A DNA stretch of 63,154 nucleotides, filler included, from Chiloscyllium plagiosum (taxonomy: Eukaryota), in assembly GCF_004010195.1 (NCBI RefSeq). It is 3 parts of one record of this genome, joined end to end, with 100 filler letters (N's around TTAATTAATTAA, not from the genome) between each part and the next. Parts side by side here need not be neighbours in the genome. Positions count along the whole stretch, not along the records: positions 11,206 to 40,215 come from NC_057711.1; 2 more parts are not named here. One strand, written 5' to 3'. Each line of letters starts with the position of its first letter. Position 1 is the first letter of the stretch. Positions 25,242-38,859 of the stretch are shown here, one piece after another. A program made the position numbers and the translations under genes. The notes beneath the pieces were generated by a model. It saw nothing but the letters and a program-made list of their open reading frames with translations. It was not told the DNA's origin and searched no databases.

Positions 25242-26129
25242 CAAATGATAGCTGTTAGAAAATCCGGACAACCCAATCTGCACAATGCCACATCTTCACA
25301 CCTACAACTGCTTTGTCCGTTGAACCATGCATATCAGTGAATACTGCTCATCCTCCTTTCATTGTTCCTTCACCTCCTCAAGCAAAAATAAATCCCACAA
25401 TAACTGTGGATGAACAAGGCTATTTTACTTACCATGACGTAAGTGTGAAATTTCTTCGTGTGGAGAAAATAACTTAATTCTTAACCATTCTTACATTTGA
25501 ATGCATGTTTCTTTTTCGACTGCACTCGTCATCTTTTCTTTGTCCTGGTCACTACTCAATCAATAACTCCCTTGTGCCTCAGAGACTCGTCACAACAAAG
25601 TCAAGGTATAGTCTGGGCAGTAGACTGTTTGAAGTTTGCAACTTTCTGTGTCATGTAAGCCTTGACTTTCCTTATGAAAACTACCTACTTCAGAGTACTG
25701 ATCAGCAAGTGAAGTAGGACAAAGGCCTTTGGTAAAATTCCATACCAGAACCAGCCACTTCTGTCACTATTATGATTTCCTTCCCTTTCAGTGGCTCTGA
25801 TCATTGTGCTGGCTATACAGCCTGGTGGGAAAGGGGGGCTGACTGGGAATAACTAAATACAAACACACCAGGGTGGAATCCAGAAGCAAAAACAGGAACT
25901 GCTGCAGAATCTTGGCAGTATTTACCACAATCTACCCAATCAAGCCCAATCCAGCACATTGAAACTACAGTTTCTGAGCAGTAAATGATCTTTTGTAAAA
26001 CTTCCCTGAATGTAGTAACATTGCCAGTACAGAAATGACAGCTGGCTGAATGCTCCCATCCTAAACTTTGACTGACAATTACATTGTTCTCTCAGACAGC
26101 CAGTCACTGCCACGTCCTCACTTCCACAA

Positions 26130-27278
26130 ATGCAAGATGGCGCCAGATAACTTCGACTCCTTGTGAGCTCCTGCATGCAGAACTAAGTTTCCTATTTCCT
26201 ACAATCATTCTACACTCTTTAAACTTAATAGCATACTTTTAAAAATTACTAATAACTATGTTTTAACTAAACTCTCAGGTTTGAAGCTCCTCCGATTCTC
26301 GAAACCAGCTTACTGGATGAAGGCAGCAGACCATGTGGTGCCCACGACCCATCCGACCATCCTGGAAGAAGGCCAGGCCAGTCAGAGGTAACCTACATGA
26401 GCCCCAGGCTTCCTCACACATTCGCTGATGACACCACCATAGTCTGGCGAACCTCAAATGGCGATAAAACAGACTACAGACGGGAGATGGAAGACCTGGA
26501 AAAATGGTGCACTGAGAACAACCTTGCTCTTAATGCCAGCAAAACCAAGGAACTCATTACTGACTTTCAGTGGGATGTTACTCATACTCCCCCTACACAT
26601 TAACAGGAGTGGTGGAAGGAATGGAGAGTGTCAAGCTCCTGGGAGCGGTCATCCACAACAAGCTTTCTTGGATTATTCATGTGGACGCACTGGTTACAAA
26701 GGCCCAATAACGTCTCTTCTTCCTCAAGCAGCTGAGGAAATTTGGCATGACGGTGAACACCCTTGCCAACTTTTATAGGTGTGCCATTGAGAGCATTCTG
26801 TCTGGATCTATCACTACCTGGTATGGCAACTGTACCATTCAAGATTGGAGACAGTTACAGAGAGTGGTGAACTCGACCCAGACAATCACAAAGACCAACC
26901 TCCCATCTATATAATCCATCCAACAGGCCCGCTGTCAAGAAAAGGCCGCCAGCATTCTCAAAGATCCATCCCACCCTGGCAATGCTTTTCTACAACCTCT
27001 ACCATCGGGGAGAAGATACAAAAGCCTGAACACACACACCAGCCAATTTCATAACAGTTTCTACCCTACTGTTGTTAGAATACTGAATGGACTCACAAAC
27101 ACTTAACATTTGCCTATACCTGTGTTTTTGTTTTTGGCACTGTTTACCAATTATTTGCTTACCTATGCCACTTAACTCTGTAATCTGCCTGTACCACTTG
27201 CAAGACAAAGCTTTTCACTGTGCCACAATATACGTGACAATAAATTCAATAAATTCAATTCAATTCAATTCAATTCAT
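26130..27278 (+). mobile_element. Rex1/Babar-type LINE, internally deleted
   Basis: FADDTTIV..WCTENNLALNASKTKELI; FYRCAIESIL; (ATTCA)n tail; CAAGATGGCGCC 5' motif at ~26133. Confidence 0.8.
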
Positions 27279-27720
27279 ATCCTGCGTCTCATATTACATC
27301 ATAGTTGTGAGCTCTAAACTCTTCAAACTGCCCTATCATCAGAAGGGATTGTCTCCACAGCCTGCCAATGCGGCCAATACTCCTGAATCCTTGATCTTTA
27401 ACCAGCCAGACCCCTGAGAACTGCATCTTAAAAACTTAGCTAAGAATTGGTATGATGGCACTGAAGCAAAACAAATTCATCATCGTCTTGTCTACTGGCT
27501 CCTTCTGGTCACTGCTGCACAAGGTTCTACTCAGAAATATCTGGAATCCACTGGGAGTGCCATCTCACTGAACGTGTGCATTTGAACAATTGCTCCAATA
27601 ATCAACATGATAAAATGGGTGGATCAGATGTAAGAAGTGACCTCCTGGAGGCCTCAAAGTTTTCAGGTGTTTCTTCCTCTAAGCATTCATCTTCTTTAAG
27701 GGATGTGAAGGACAACCAGT

Positions 27721-28055
27721 GGGTGGTGTGGTGGCTCAATGATTAGCACTGCTGCCTCACAGTGCCAGGGACCCATGTTCGATTCCAGCCTTGAGTGACT
27801 GTGTGGAATTTGCACGTTCTCCCTGTGTCTGCGAGGGTTCCCTCCAGGTACTCCAGTTTCCTCCTGCAATCCAAAGATGTGCAGCTTAGGTGAACTGGCT
27901 ATGCTAAATTGTCCCGCAGTGTTCAGGGATGTGTAGGTTAGGTGCAATAGTCTGGGGTAAACGTAGAGGAATGGGTCTGCATTTGTTACTCTTCGCAGGG
28001 TCGGTGTGGACTTGTTGGGCTGAAGGCCTGTTTCCACACTTTAGGCATTCTATTA
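27721..28055 (+). mobile_element. HE1-type SINE
   Basis: A/B boxes, body and tail homologous to 442-758. Confidence 0.88.
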
Positions 28056-28306
28056 TTTAAAAAAAGGTGAGGGTTCACTATCAAGGTGTTGTGCATAAAG
28101 GCACGGACTCAGTGAGGAGGCAAAAAATTAACTCAATGTCCAGACTGAGGAGTATCACAGTCTATAATTCCTTGATTGGCAGAATATGAGCAATAATACA
28201 GCTATGGGAATAGTCTGGTTGGCAACCAAGGTCCCATTCCAAAGAGAGCTGCATGATATTAATGACTGTCAGTCATTGAGAATGTGCAGCACATTATCAG
28301 CTGGGG

Positions 28307-28613
28307 GATTAGATTACTTACAGTGTGGAAACAGGCCCTTCGGCCCAACATGTCCACACCGACCCACTGAAGTGAAACCCACCCAGACCCATTCCCCTAC
28401 ATTTACCCCTTCACTTAACACTAGGGGCAATTTAGCATGGCCAATTCACCTAACCTGCACATCTTTGGACTGTGGGAGGAAACCGGAGCACCCGGAGGAA
28501 ACCCACGCAGACACGGGGAGAATGTGCAAACTCCACACAGTCAGTTGCCTGAGGCGGGAATTGAACCCGGGTCTCTGGCGCTGTGAGGCAGCAGTACTAA
28601 CCACTGTGCCACC
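28307..28613 (-). mobile_element. HE1-type SINE
   Basis: Reverse complement of SINE consensus seen at 442-758. Confidence 0.9.
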
Positions 28614-29583
28614 CACTCCCCTCTCACTGCATACTCCCTTCTAACTGCTCACTCCATGCTTTGCTTCCTTCTCCATCCCACCCCCCCACAACACCAACTG
28701 CTCCCAACCTCTCACAACCCCTTTCCTAAAGCTTCCAAACTCACACCCTTCCCCACCATATTCTACTCTTCTCCAACCTTTTGGCTACCTGAATCTGCTA
28801 CATTTCATCATAACATTCAGGCCACAGGCCTCACTTCAAATGAACAGTAGTGAGGAGGACCCACTGTGGTGCGCAGTGATGAGGCATAATGTAGGTTTAT
28901 GGTAAAATCAAAATCTCACACATGTTCATTAAAAAAAAGGGATAATTCTCATTCCTTGTCAATATTCACAGTGGTGACAGAGAATATGGATTGCAGTGAA
29001 GTGCATCAAGAAAATGTTAGGAACAAATATTTTGTCAACATCAGATCGAATTCTGGTTCCTAGTGACCTGAATTACAAAACAATACTGTTACCCATGATT
29101 GAATATATATTATAGTTTGCTTAAAGTGCTTATTAATGCCAACAATTATTTAGATGATAAAGGCTTAATTCTTCTTTATTGTTGACTCTTGCCTGGATGA
29201 TCATTGTGTATAAGCAAAAGGGTACAATTAAGTGTTTAATTTCACTCGAGATTTGGTTTTCTGTTGAACTGCTATTTACTCTTCCATTATAAAATCGGCA
29301 GATTTCCAACTGTGTATGTGACTGATGCATTGTTTGGTGGAGAGATTCCATTTGCTTTGATAGTTCCATTCCTGATGGAAAAGCTGCTTCCCTTTTTCAA
29401 CCATTTGCTGTGCTTTTACTGAACTGTGCATATGGCAAAATTGGATAATAAGGATGTGAGCACCTATGTGAAAACAATTGATAATTTTAATAACAGCTAC
29501 AATTAAAATAATATATTTAATGTTTTCTGTGTTCTTCACAGAAAAAATATGCTCAATACATTTCACAGAAACATTAAGTACAA

Positions 29584-29942
29584 AGAGTCACAGAATCCTT
29601 ACAGTGTGGAAGGAGGCCATTCATCTGTTGAGTCCAGTCCGACCCTCCAAAGAGCATTCCACCCAGAGCCAGCCCCCAACGTATCCCCATAACCCCACAT
29701 TTACAATGGTTAATCCATTCACCTACACATTCCTGAATGCTACAGAAAATTTTACCATGGACAACCTACCTAACCTACGTACCTTTGAATTGTGGGAGGA
29801 AACCAGAGCATCCAGCAGAAATCTACACCGACGCGGTGAGAGCGTGCAAACTCCATACAGACAGTCAGCCCAGACTGGAATCGAACTTGGGCCCCTGGCA
29901 CTCTGAGGCAGCAGTGCTCACTACTGAGCCACTGTGTCACCC
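29584..29942 (-). mobile_element. Older HE1-type SINE
   Basis: Diverged reverse complement of same SINE. Confidence 0.85.
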
Positions 29943-32900
29943 AAAGGATTAAATGGTTTGTCAAAGATCCTCAATGGTTTGCGTTGGGTTTGTTAAAAAA
30001 TAACTCTATAAAATAACCACTTAACATAGGCTACATATTGCAAATGGCTGTTGCAGGAAACACTTGCAATATAAATTGCAGCTGATATGTGATAGTAAGA
30101 ATTTTGGGGTAAATTTTACAATCTCCACCAACGTTTGAAACCAGATTGAGGCATTGAGAGATTACAGTAATTCTCTTTCTCTGGGAGACATCATTTGAGT
30201 CCGAAGGCTGTGAACCCCTTAGCTGGAGTCTTAACTGAGTAGTGCCTTTGTGCATTACCCAGGGTTGTAGATGGACGTAGACGTACTGAGGATAGCACAT
30301 CATAATATAGCATTGCCAATATGAAGCACCTCTTGAAGTTTAGACTTGATTGAAGTCAAAGGAAGTCCAGAAAAATTGAAGATTAAAGAATTCCAAAAAG
30401 TCTATAACAAGCTGATGTACTGGCAAGTTTGAAGATAAAAAAGTCTTCAAGTAAGTAAGATTTGCTTGTAAAAGAAACATCACTACAGCACTCTGATTTG
30501 CAGACTGACTTGTAGAGTTGAGAAAGTCAATAGCATCTTCTTGGAGAATTGTTGAATTATACTGACTTGTAGAGATAAGGGAGTCTGAGAAGACACAGCA
30601 CCTTTCTCAGATACCTGGTGATCAGGACTGAAGGAAAGGTGATCCAGTGTGAGCCCCTTTACATAATCAGGAAGGATAGTTTCTACATGAGTATCTGCGG
30701 CTGAGGGATGGATATCTAGGCAGGACTTCCCTTGAGAAAAAGGATCGGATCAGCCAATAGTCACTGCTGTTGTATGATACAGAAATGTTAAATGTGACAT
30801 TGAGAGAGAGCTGTATCAGTTTTATCAGTGACCAAAAGAGACAGTTGAGACTGCACGAACAGAGGCTCCCCAGGAGCTGTCAGTCTCTGTGCTGTGCTGA
30901 AAAAGCATGACCAGACAGTACAGCTGAAAGAACTCTGTGAGCACTACATGCTGCTTATAAACCTTAGGCATTGACCTACTGTGTACATGACAGGTCCTGA
31001 CCTCCTCGTACCTTTGACCACATCAGACAATATTGGGAATCAATCCTAGTGATGGCTGTGATGCACAAACAGTGAATCGCGACCTGGAAAGATACACCTC
31101 AGTTGCCAAAGTAGCAAGCACCTTCCAACTTCCCATAGCCTGAACATGGTGCAGAAGTTACTTACTTCACACTTTGAACCATAAAACCTCGTGGCGTGCT
31201 AAGGATGGCCGGGCTCTTTACTTTCAACCTTGCAGTTGCAGTTAGACATTCACTCACACAGCTGCTGTTGAAAAGTGAACAGATATTTACATAATGGGGA
31301 GAAAGTCAGAAGAGGGTACTGAGTTGGATGATCAGCAATGATTATATGGAATGGCAGAACAGACTTGAAGGGCTGAATGGCCTATTCCTGCTCCCAGTTT
31401 GTATGTTTCTGTATTGATGTGTTACCTGTATCTCCTATGTGCTCGCATAAAGTTTCCTTTTTTTCCCTCCCACTTCATCTTGGTGCAGTCTCAGAATCCA
31501 GGACAGAGAGTGGAGGGAGCCTGCCCTACCCTGGAAACTGCTGGCATCAGAGTTCTGATGGGATGACCATGGGGCACTTGTGCATGGAGGGCCCAGACAT
31601 GCTGAATGTGTCCTGCCCAGAGGCAGGAACTCTCAAAGTGCTTGAGGATGGCAGGCCGGGGGGCAGGAGAAGGTTTGGTCCTATCTGGCGAATGCTACGG
31701 GGAAGCATGTCAGAGTTCATCCCCACCTATGTGCCTCTTGGCTCTGCCCTATATCCTGGTGACGAAGAAGCACCTGGGGTGCAGTCATGGTCCCTCATAT
31801 CCCATCACCATGTTAGTCATGCTGAGCACCAGTGGCTGTGGTGATGGAGTGCAGGATTGTATCTGAGGATGCTGGACCCGGTCTCTATGGCAGCCACCAA
31901 CCTGACAATGGAAGTGGCCAGATGTGTGTATGCCAGAGACAGACATTCTCAATGGTATTGCTATAGTCCTCCAACTCTCATGTTAATTTTCTCAGAGCCC
32001 CCATCAAATGTATGCCTCCTTGCACATTTCAGTGAAGTTGTTAATGGCCAATGTCATAGCATCCTCTCTAGACTGGGGTTGAGCAAGTGCCTGGTGTTCA
32101 ACAGTCCTCCTGAAGATCTCAACCGAGGGGTCTCACGGTTCCACAATCGGTCAAATAAACAACTGGAGTACGGTCTGCTTCAGCAAGATTTCATACTTTA
32201 ACTAGTAACGGCCGGGCACAGGTTTGTCCAGCAACACAGAAGTTTAAAGCTTCTGTGTTCTTGGAGAAACTGCGCAAATCACTTGGAACAAAGACAATTT
32301 TTATATATTTAAGAAATAGTACAGCCTTAATTGCAGAGTAAATCCAATGAAGTGCAATAAAATGACATAATGGACAGCAGGTTAACTCAATGATAGTTCC
32401 TGGGAAACAAAATTGTTTTCCACACATTATCTCTTCGCACCTGCATTTCAAGTTTAGCTAGGATGGTTAGTAATGTCCCATCTAGCTTAGTTAATTCAAT
32501 TCTGTGAAGGGTCCATTGTTCTGCTTTATCTTTGATTCAGTTAGCTCAGCAAGGCAGGAATGCAGCCTTTAGCAGGGTGAGAAGCCATTTTAAACATAGT
32601 TTTAATTTGCAGCCTGAAGCCATTTCATTATGTTACTTGCATTGAGAAGCCATTTTGTAGTTAATAAAAGCATGCATTAAACAATTTCTCCTGACAACAG
32701 CCTAAATCCAGATTTTAGATCCTCACTCCGAGTGCCAACACCTTGGGGTATTTCTTCCTCAGCCAGCTGTGGAGACATGGCAGTGATGTGCTCACCAGCA
32801 CCTTCTCCAAACTCGAATCGAACTGATGTACCCACGACCTGAGGTTTTAGTATTAGGGTCAGTGGAGAGTTCAGGAGCCAAACGAGCTGGTTCATTCTCT

Positions 32901-33849
32901 GAGTTATCCGTGTTCTCATCCTCAGAAAAATCAATATGATTACAATATGGGATTATTTCAGTCACTTCCATAGTAGACCTGTAGTTTCTTAAATAAAATT
33001 AATGATTTAGCTCGAGTGGAGATCTTGTAAAATCAGTGGATTATCAGAAAGCCACAAGGTTTCTTGTAATTGAATTGTTAGAAAGCCAGCTCTTGAGAAA
33101 AGGTGAAGTGGGAAATTATTGGGTGACTGTATTACTCTAGCTTTCAAGATATTAATGTTTATCAGCTTGACTGTGTCATTGTAATAAAACTGATTTGATG
33201 AATTGCCACGTGGTCTTTCTGATAGTATCTTGCATGATATTTCTGTTTCAGAACAGTTTCTGCTGTTACCTTTAGAAACAGGTAATGAATATGGCTGCTT
33301 TATCTACGTGCCCTGCTGTAAGTCTTTTCTCACATAAGGTATGCTGGTCAGTGACCATTCCATGTTTGTGACCTTTCATGCTCTTAGCGCTTGAGACTAA
33401 AAACTCTTTATGTTGCCGATGAGCCTTCACAGTATCATGAAAAATTGATGAGCTTCATTTCATTTGCATCTAATATTCATTGAGTTTCAAGCTGCAGAAT
33501 TCGCCCCTCACTGGAAGTAGTGGGAGAGATGGTAAACAGGAGAAATAATTGGACAAGTTGGTCCTGGTAAGATACTTGCCCTTTCTTATCATCGCACTAA
33601 TTACATTCTAGCTGAGAAAATTCATGGGCAAACCTCTTGACCTGTCAGCAATTAAGGTCCTATAGTGGTCACCTAATGGCCAGTTAAGGTTCTCAACTTG
33701 CCAACTCTCCAAGACCTGCTTTCCCAGTGTTGGGTGTAAAAGACAGTACTTGCCTGGTTGGGATGACATCTATTTGTCCCAAATCTGAGCCAATCAGAGG
33801 CAGAATTGGATCAAGGAGCTAGCCTCTGAAAATCAAATGACTGCCCTTG

Positions 33850-34120
33850 CCAGTACGTCCTTCCTTTGATACAGGGTCCAAAACTGTTCATAATATTCCA
33901 AACGTGGTCTGACCAGAGTCTCATACAAGCTCAGCAGTACATCTCTGCTGTTTCATTTAACTCTCTTGAAATGAAAGCTAACATTGCATTTGCCTTCCTA
34001 ACTGCCAACTGAACCTGCATATTAAACTGAAGAGAAATCTGAACTAGGATTTCTAAGTGCCTTTGTGTTTCAAATTTTTGAAATGTTTCCCCATTAAGAA
34101 AATAGTCTATGCATCTACTT
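33850..34120 (-). mobile_element. Decayed CR1 RT fragment
   Basis: Minus strand LVRPRLEYYEQFW. Confidence 0.75.
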
Positions 34121-34519
34121 TGACACTCAAGAAGGTGAAACTTTAACTTTAAAATTCATTGTCTAAGATCATTGGCTGTGCTGGTTGGAGAGATCAACAT
34201 CCTATATGCATCACTGGAGCTGGAGCGATGAGGATGGCCTTTTCCATCCCAGACCCCTTTGTGAGGCATTGAGCCTCCTGTGACCCTGCCAAAGGTAACT
34301 GCTGCATTGGGGCTGGCTGCCTCTGTACACAGTACGGAGCCTGTCCCTGTGTGCAAAATGCCAGCAGCCCATGACAGTGGCTCATGTTAGTGCTAATTCA
34401 AACAAATAAATTGGATGGAGGAGGAGGCTGTCGGTTCCTTGAACTTGCTCCATTTTCAAATGCTTGTGTCCAATCTGCAGGCAGTTGAGCTGTTCCAATT
34501 ATTGCTGCTGATAAACCTC

Positions 34520-34743
34520 CCCAGTGCCATGACTGCTCCAGGTAACCATGTTTGCGTTCTTGTGCTACCCCGCATCATAGTAAAATCGCGCTTTAGAAAC
34601 AGCGCTTAAAGAGTTGGAGTGTAATTGCGCTACAGCCAACACACATTTTAAACGTTCGTGCTTGAGCAAGTGTCCCCAATTCATCAATCACGTCACAGCG
34701 AATTCACGTTAACGAAACACACGTTATAACAGAATGACCTGTA
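34520..34743 (-). mobile_element. Tigger/pogo-like MITE (copy of 49416-49634)
   Basis: Reverse-complement similarity to 49416-49634; ends CAGAATGACCTG-TA. Confidence 0.55.
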
Positions 34744-35637
34744 CAAGTGTTTAATCAATGTTCACACAACGATGCATATACCAAATTAAACTAAAGTTCC
34801 ATCATTTCTACAGAATAAAAAATGCAGAAAAATGCAACAGCTTGCATTTTTCTATCTCTTTGAAACCTTTGTGGGATTTTTGTCATCTTGCTTTATACTA
34901 TCCCTTTGAATTGCCTGAATTTTTTGTGATATTCATTTTTTTACAGATTCCAGTATTCCCACTTTAAGCCTTCCCCAGGACTACTTGTAATCTTTCCTAG
35001 TTTAATGTGAGTAGGGAAGTCATCCTTCAGAGACATGCAGCTCTAACAGATGGTGTTGACACCTGGATATTGATGGGAGCTGACATTCTGAAGGTTATGC
35101 TTGAATATATAATATCGAGCTATTAAATTGCATGAACTCCAGGAACTGAAGGCTGAACTGAAGATTGGTAAGGGAACATTTTAAATGGATAGAATAATTT
35201 CCTGTCCGCATACTCTGTATTCTGAACAGTGATGGCAGAATTCAGCACCTACTATATGCTTCTAAGGGATTGTCCAAGACGTTGTCGAAGCAGATGGGAG
35301 AGGCATCAATCATGAGATCCAGCAGCCACATATTTTCAGGTAGCTGGCCCTGTCCAAATTGAAACAACATTCCAGTGCAAGTTGAAGCATCACCTGTTTA
35401 AGGTGCTTGTGGCATAGTGGTAGTGTCCCTCTACCTCTGCGTCTGGAGTCCTGGGTTCAAGTCTATCCTGCTCCAGAGCTGTATAGTTATATCCCTAAAC
35501 TAACTGATTAGAAAATACCAAACATGGTCTATTTGTTTCCTGACACACACTGTACAGATCAAATTTTATGATCTAAATTGGCACTACATGAATGAATACA
35601 AGAGATAAATTCAATTGCAGCTTTCAGAATGGAATTA

Positions 35638-36115
35638 TAGAGTCATAGAGATGTATAGCACGACAAAAAGCCCTTTGGTTCAACTCATCTATGTTGCCCA
35701 GATATCCTAAATTAATCTAGTCCCATTTGCCAGCATTTGGCCCATACCCCTCTAAACCCTTCTTATTAATATACCCATCCAGATGTTATAATTATACCAG
35801 TCTCCACCATTTCCTTTGGCAGCTATGCCATACATGCACCACCTTCTGCATGAGAGTTGCCTCTTAAGTCCCTTTTATATCTTTCCTCTCTCACCTTAAC
35901 CCTATGCCCTCTCGTTATGGACTCCCCCACCCTGGGGAAAAGACCTAGGCTATTCACCCTATCAATGCCCCTCATGATTTTATAAATCTCTATAAGCTCA
36001 CCCCTCAGTCCGTGGCGCTCCAGGGAAAATAGCCCCAGCCAATTCAGTCTCCCCCTGCAGCTCAAATCCTCCAGCCCTGGCAACATCCTTGTAAATCTTT
36101 CTGAACTCTTTCAAA
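35638..36115 (-). mobile_element. CR1 3' fragment
   Basis: ORF 35823-36086 MLPGLEDLS..LGLFSLE..TRGHR. Confidence 0.9.
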
Positions 36116-37649
36116 TGATAAACCTTTGCAGGAGAAATTATTTATATGGCAATGGAGAAAGAGAAAGTAGCATTAGTTGGAAAGCAGTACCATGGAGCTG
36201 ACAAAGGCATGATGAGCTAAAGCATGGGTGCAATGATTTTGCTCCCTTCAGCAGCATGGGCAATGGTGAGAACGTTGTTAAAATATGGCGAAAGTGTGAG
36301 AATTAGGGTTTTCAAATTTGAGAAAAACATTTCCAATTTCCCCTTACTGATTAAACAACAAGTTCAGAATCTTGCTGATCAGTGGCAACTGCTTTATTTC
36401 CAAGCATCGACATCGCGTTATTAGTTATTCTCACGTAATTTCTATGCAGCTCCCAATTCCACCTTCCTTCCCCAAGAAACTAGATGGCACTAATTCCTGA
36501 CAAGAACATCAGTGCGGTTACCTGGAGATAGCACCTTCTCCAGATCTTTGGCCTACTCCACTGTCACTTTCATTTCCCTGCATACTCCATGGGTGGTGTC
36601 CTCTTCCATCCTTTGTTCATTTAAGTTGGCATCGCCAAGCCACCAGTTTCACTACATCACCACTTCAGCCCTTCAGGGCTTAACTTTCAATCTCAGCAAA
36701 TGACTTATCTGATTCTTCCAGGTTGCTTTGCTCATTGGACTACCTTTGCATCTTATGCATCTATACATGATGCATCTTCTGGTCTTTAGTTTGCTTTATT
36801 AGCATTCTCTCACTTTGTGCTAACTTGGAAGCTGCCAGCCTCGGTGGACTGCATCACTTTTCAGTGCAGAGAGAAAGGTGGGCAGTATGTTACAGTCCAG
36901 TCAAAGAATGGTCCTGTTGCTGCACAGCACTGTACTTGTCAATGTTAAACCTACAACATGTGTAAGCAGCTTGTGGGGTAAACACACTGCATGTGCCTCA
37001 ATGAAATGGATATGTCTGAAAGTCAAAGGGAACCAGAGTTTTGCGGACTCAGTGGGGATTATGCTCAGTCAGATGGGTGTTTTCATAGTCAGTCAAGAGA
37101 CTTGTCTGATTCTAGTCCAAGAGGCTGGCCACTATCAGACAGGGGCTTGCTGCTACCAGAGTCAGGGGATCTGTCTCTTTGCATTCCAGCGACTAGGCCA
37201 TGGATAGCTTTGTGTCTCAAATGTAACCAGTCCAGAATTACAGGTAGGTCATTTGAGATGCTCTGGAGACATCAGCCAATTCTTGGTGGGAGGAGTTTGA
37301 GCATTAAACGGTCAGGAACTAATCAGGAGTCAGTCCATGGAGATCTGGGGAAAGTAGGAAGCTCAAGTGACCATTGGGCTGGATCATTGGGAGATGGTTA
37401 CAGTGAAAGGGGTCAATTCACTGTAGGGTAGATCATATAGATGAAAGGAGGGGATGGACAGCTCCAAGAATTTGAGAGGTTGTTGGCCACAGATCACAAT
37501 CACTCTGGTCTCAATTTGATGGAAGTATATGACCAAAAAGGGCATGGCAGTTCTTAAATCCATCAACTCAAGAGTTAAATTATAGTTATAAGCATATTGT
37601 ATCATATAGCTATAGGGAGTAAATTATAGTTATATCAAAAGATGGATTT

Positions 37650-37941
37650 GGGGCGGCAAGGTGGCACAGTGGTTAGCACTGCTGCCTCACAGCGCCAGAG
37701 ACCTGGGTTCAATTCCCGCTTCAGGCAACTGTCTGTGTGGAGTTTGCACATTCTCCCCGTGTCTGCATGGGTTTGCTCCGGTTTCCTCCCACAGTCCAAA
37801 AATGTGCAGGTTAGGTGAATTGGCCTTGCTAAATTTCCCGTAGTGTTAGGTGTAGGGGTATGGGTGGGTTGCGCTTCGGCGGGTCGGTGTGGACTTGTGG
37901 GGCCGAAGGGCCTGTTTCCACACTGTAAGTAATCTAATCTA
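37650..37941 (+). mobile_element. HE1-type SINE
   Basis: Near-identical to 442-758. Confidence 0.92.
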
Positions 37942-38859
37942 AAAGAAAATGGGTGATGACTGAAAGGGAATGCAGGAGCACCACCATAAAAGAAAAGGAC
38001 ATGAAACTGCTATCTTTGATCTAAAGTCAACTGATCAATACCAAGACAACGTGGCAGCCACCACATGCAGAGTGACGAGAATAAGTTACTGTTTTCCTCT
38101 TGGAAGACAGCGTATGATTCTTTGAATGTGAAGCCCTGCCAGGGGTCATAGCATTAATTATGCATCCACTGGTTTAGTAAGACCACCCGCCTGACATCAA
38201 ATTACAATATATTGATGAGTCATTCTTTATTCAAGAATGAACATTACAAATTATGGCCTCATGCAATCATGGCCATTACATAGTTTACATCAATTGCCTC
38301 CTTGTCATGTCATCGAATCAAATCTATGAAAAGGAAAACTTAAGTTTCAGCTGAGTTTGCCATTTTTGCATAACTTCTCATAACTGACGCTGGAAGTCAA
38401 TTTTTTAGACCTGCCGCATTCACACACTGAACTGTAAGTATGCAAGGACATGGTCTGTGATGTTAAAGTCATTGACAGGAGCTGCTGTCAAGGTGGATAA
38501 TTGCCTGAATTTCACTTCTCCCAAGCAGTATTGGCCCTTTGGTTCTGCAACACACATATGGAGAATGTTACATATCTCAGAACTCCTTATCAAGGTATGA
38601 CATTGGCCTCTTTACAAAACCTCCATAACATATAGTGTTAGTGGACATCATGATACTTCATAGAGATGAATGTGAGGGGTTAGGAATCCCAATACTGAAA
38701 TGCTGTTCTATTTCTGACTTTCCCACAGATTATTGGTTCAAGCTTCTATATGTATCCCACAGGGGGAGGATTCCTTGTGGTTTTCTTTCTTTTCTGAAGA
38801 CAATACTGAAGGAGACAACAATTACAATGCTGTCAGCAAGCCCAGCCAGAACAGCAACC

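Noticed and set aside
28186..28644. 152-aa ORF (CGRKPEHPEETHADTGRMCKLHT)
   Set aside because: Antisense translation of an HE1 SINE; the same peptide recurs at other SINE copies
29133..30303. Several 60-140 aa ORFs in AT-rich DNA
   Set aside because: No motifs or convincing splice pairs; partly SINE-derived
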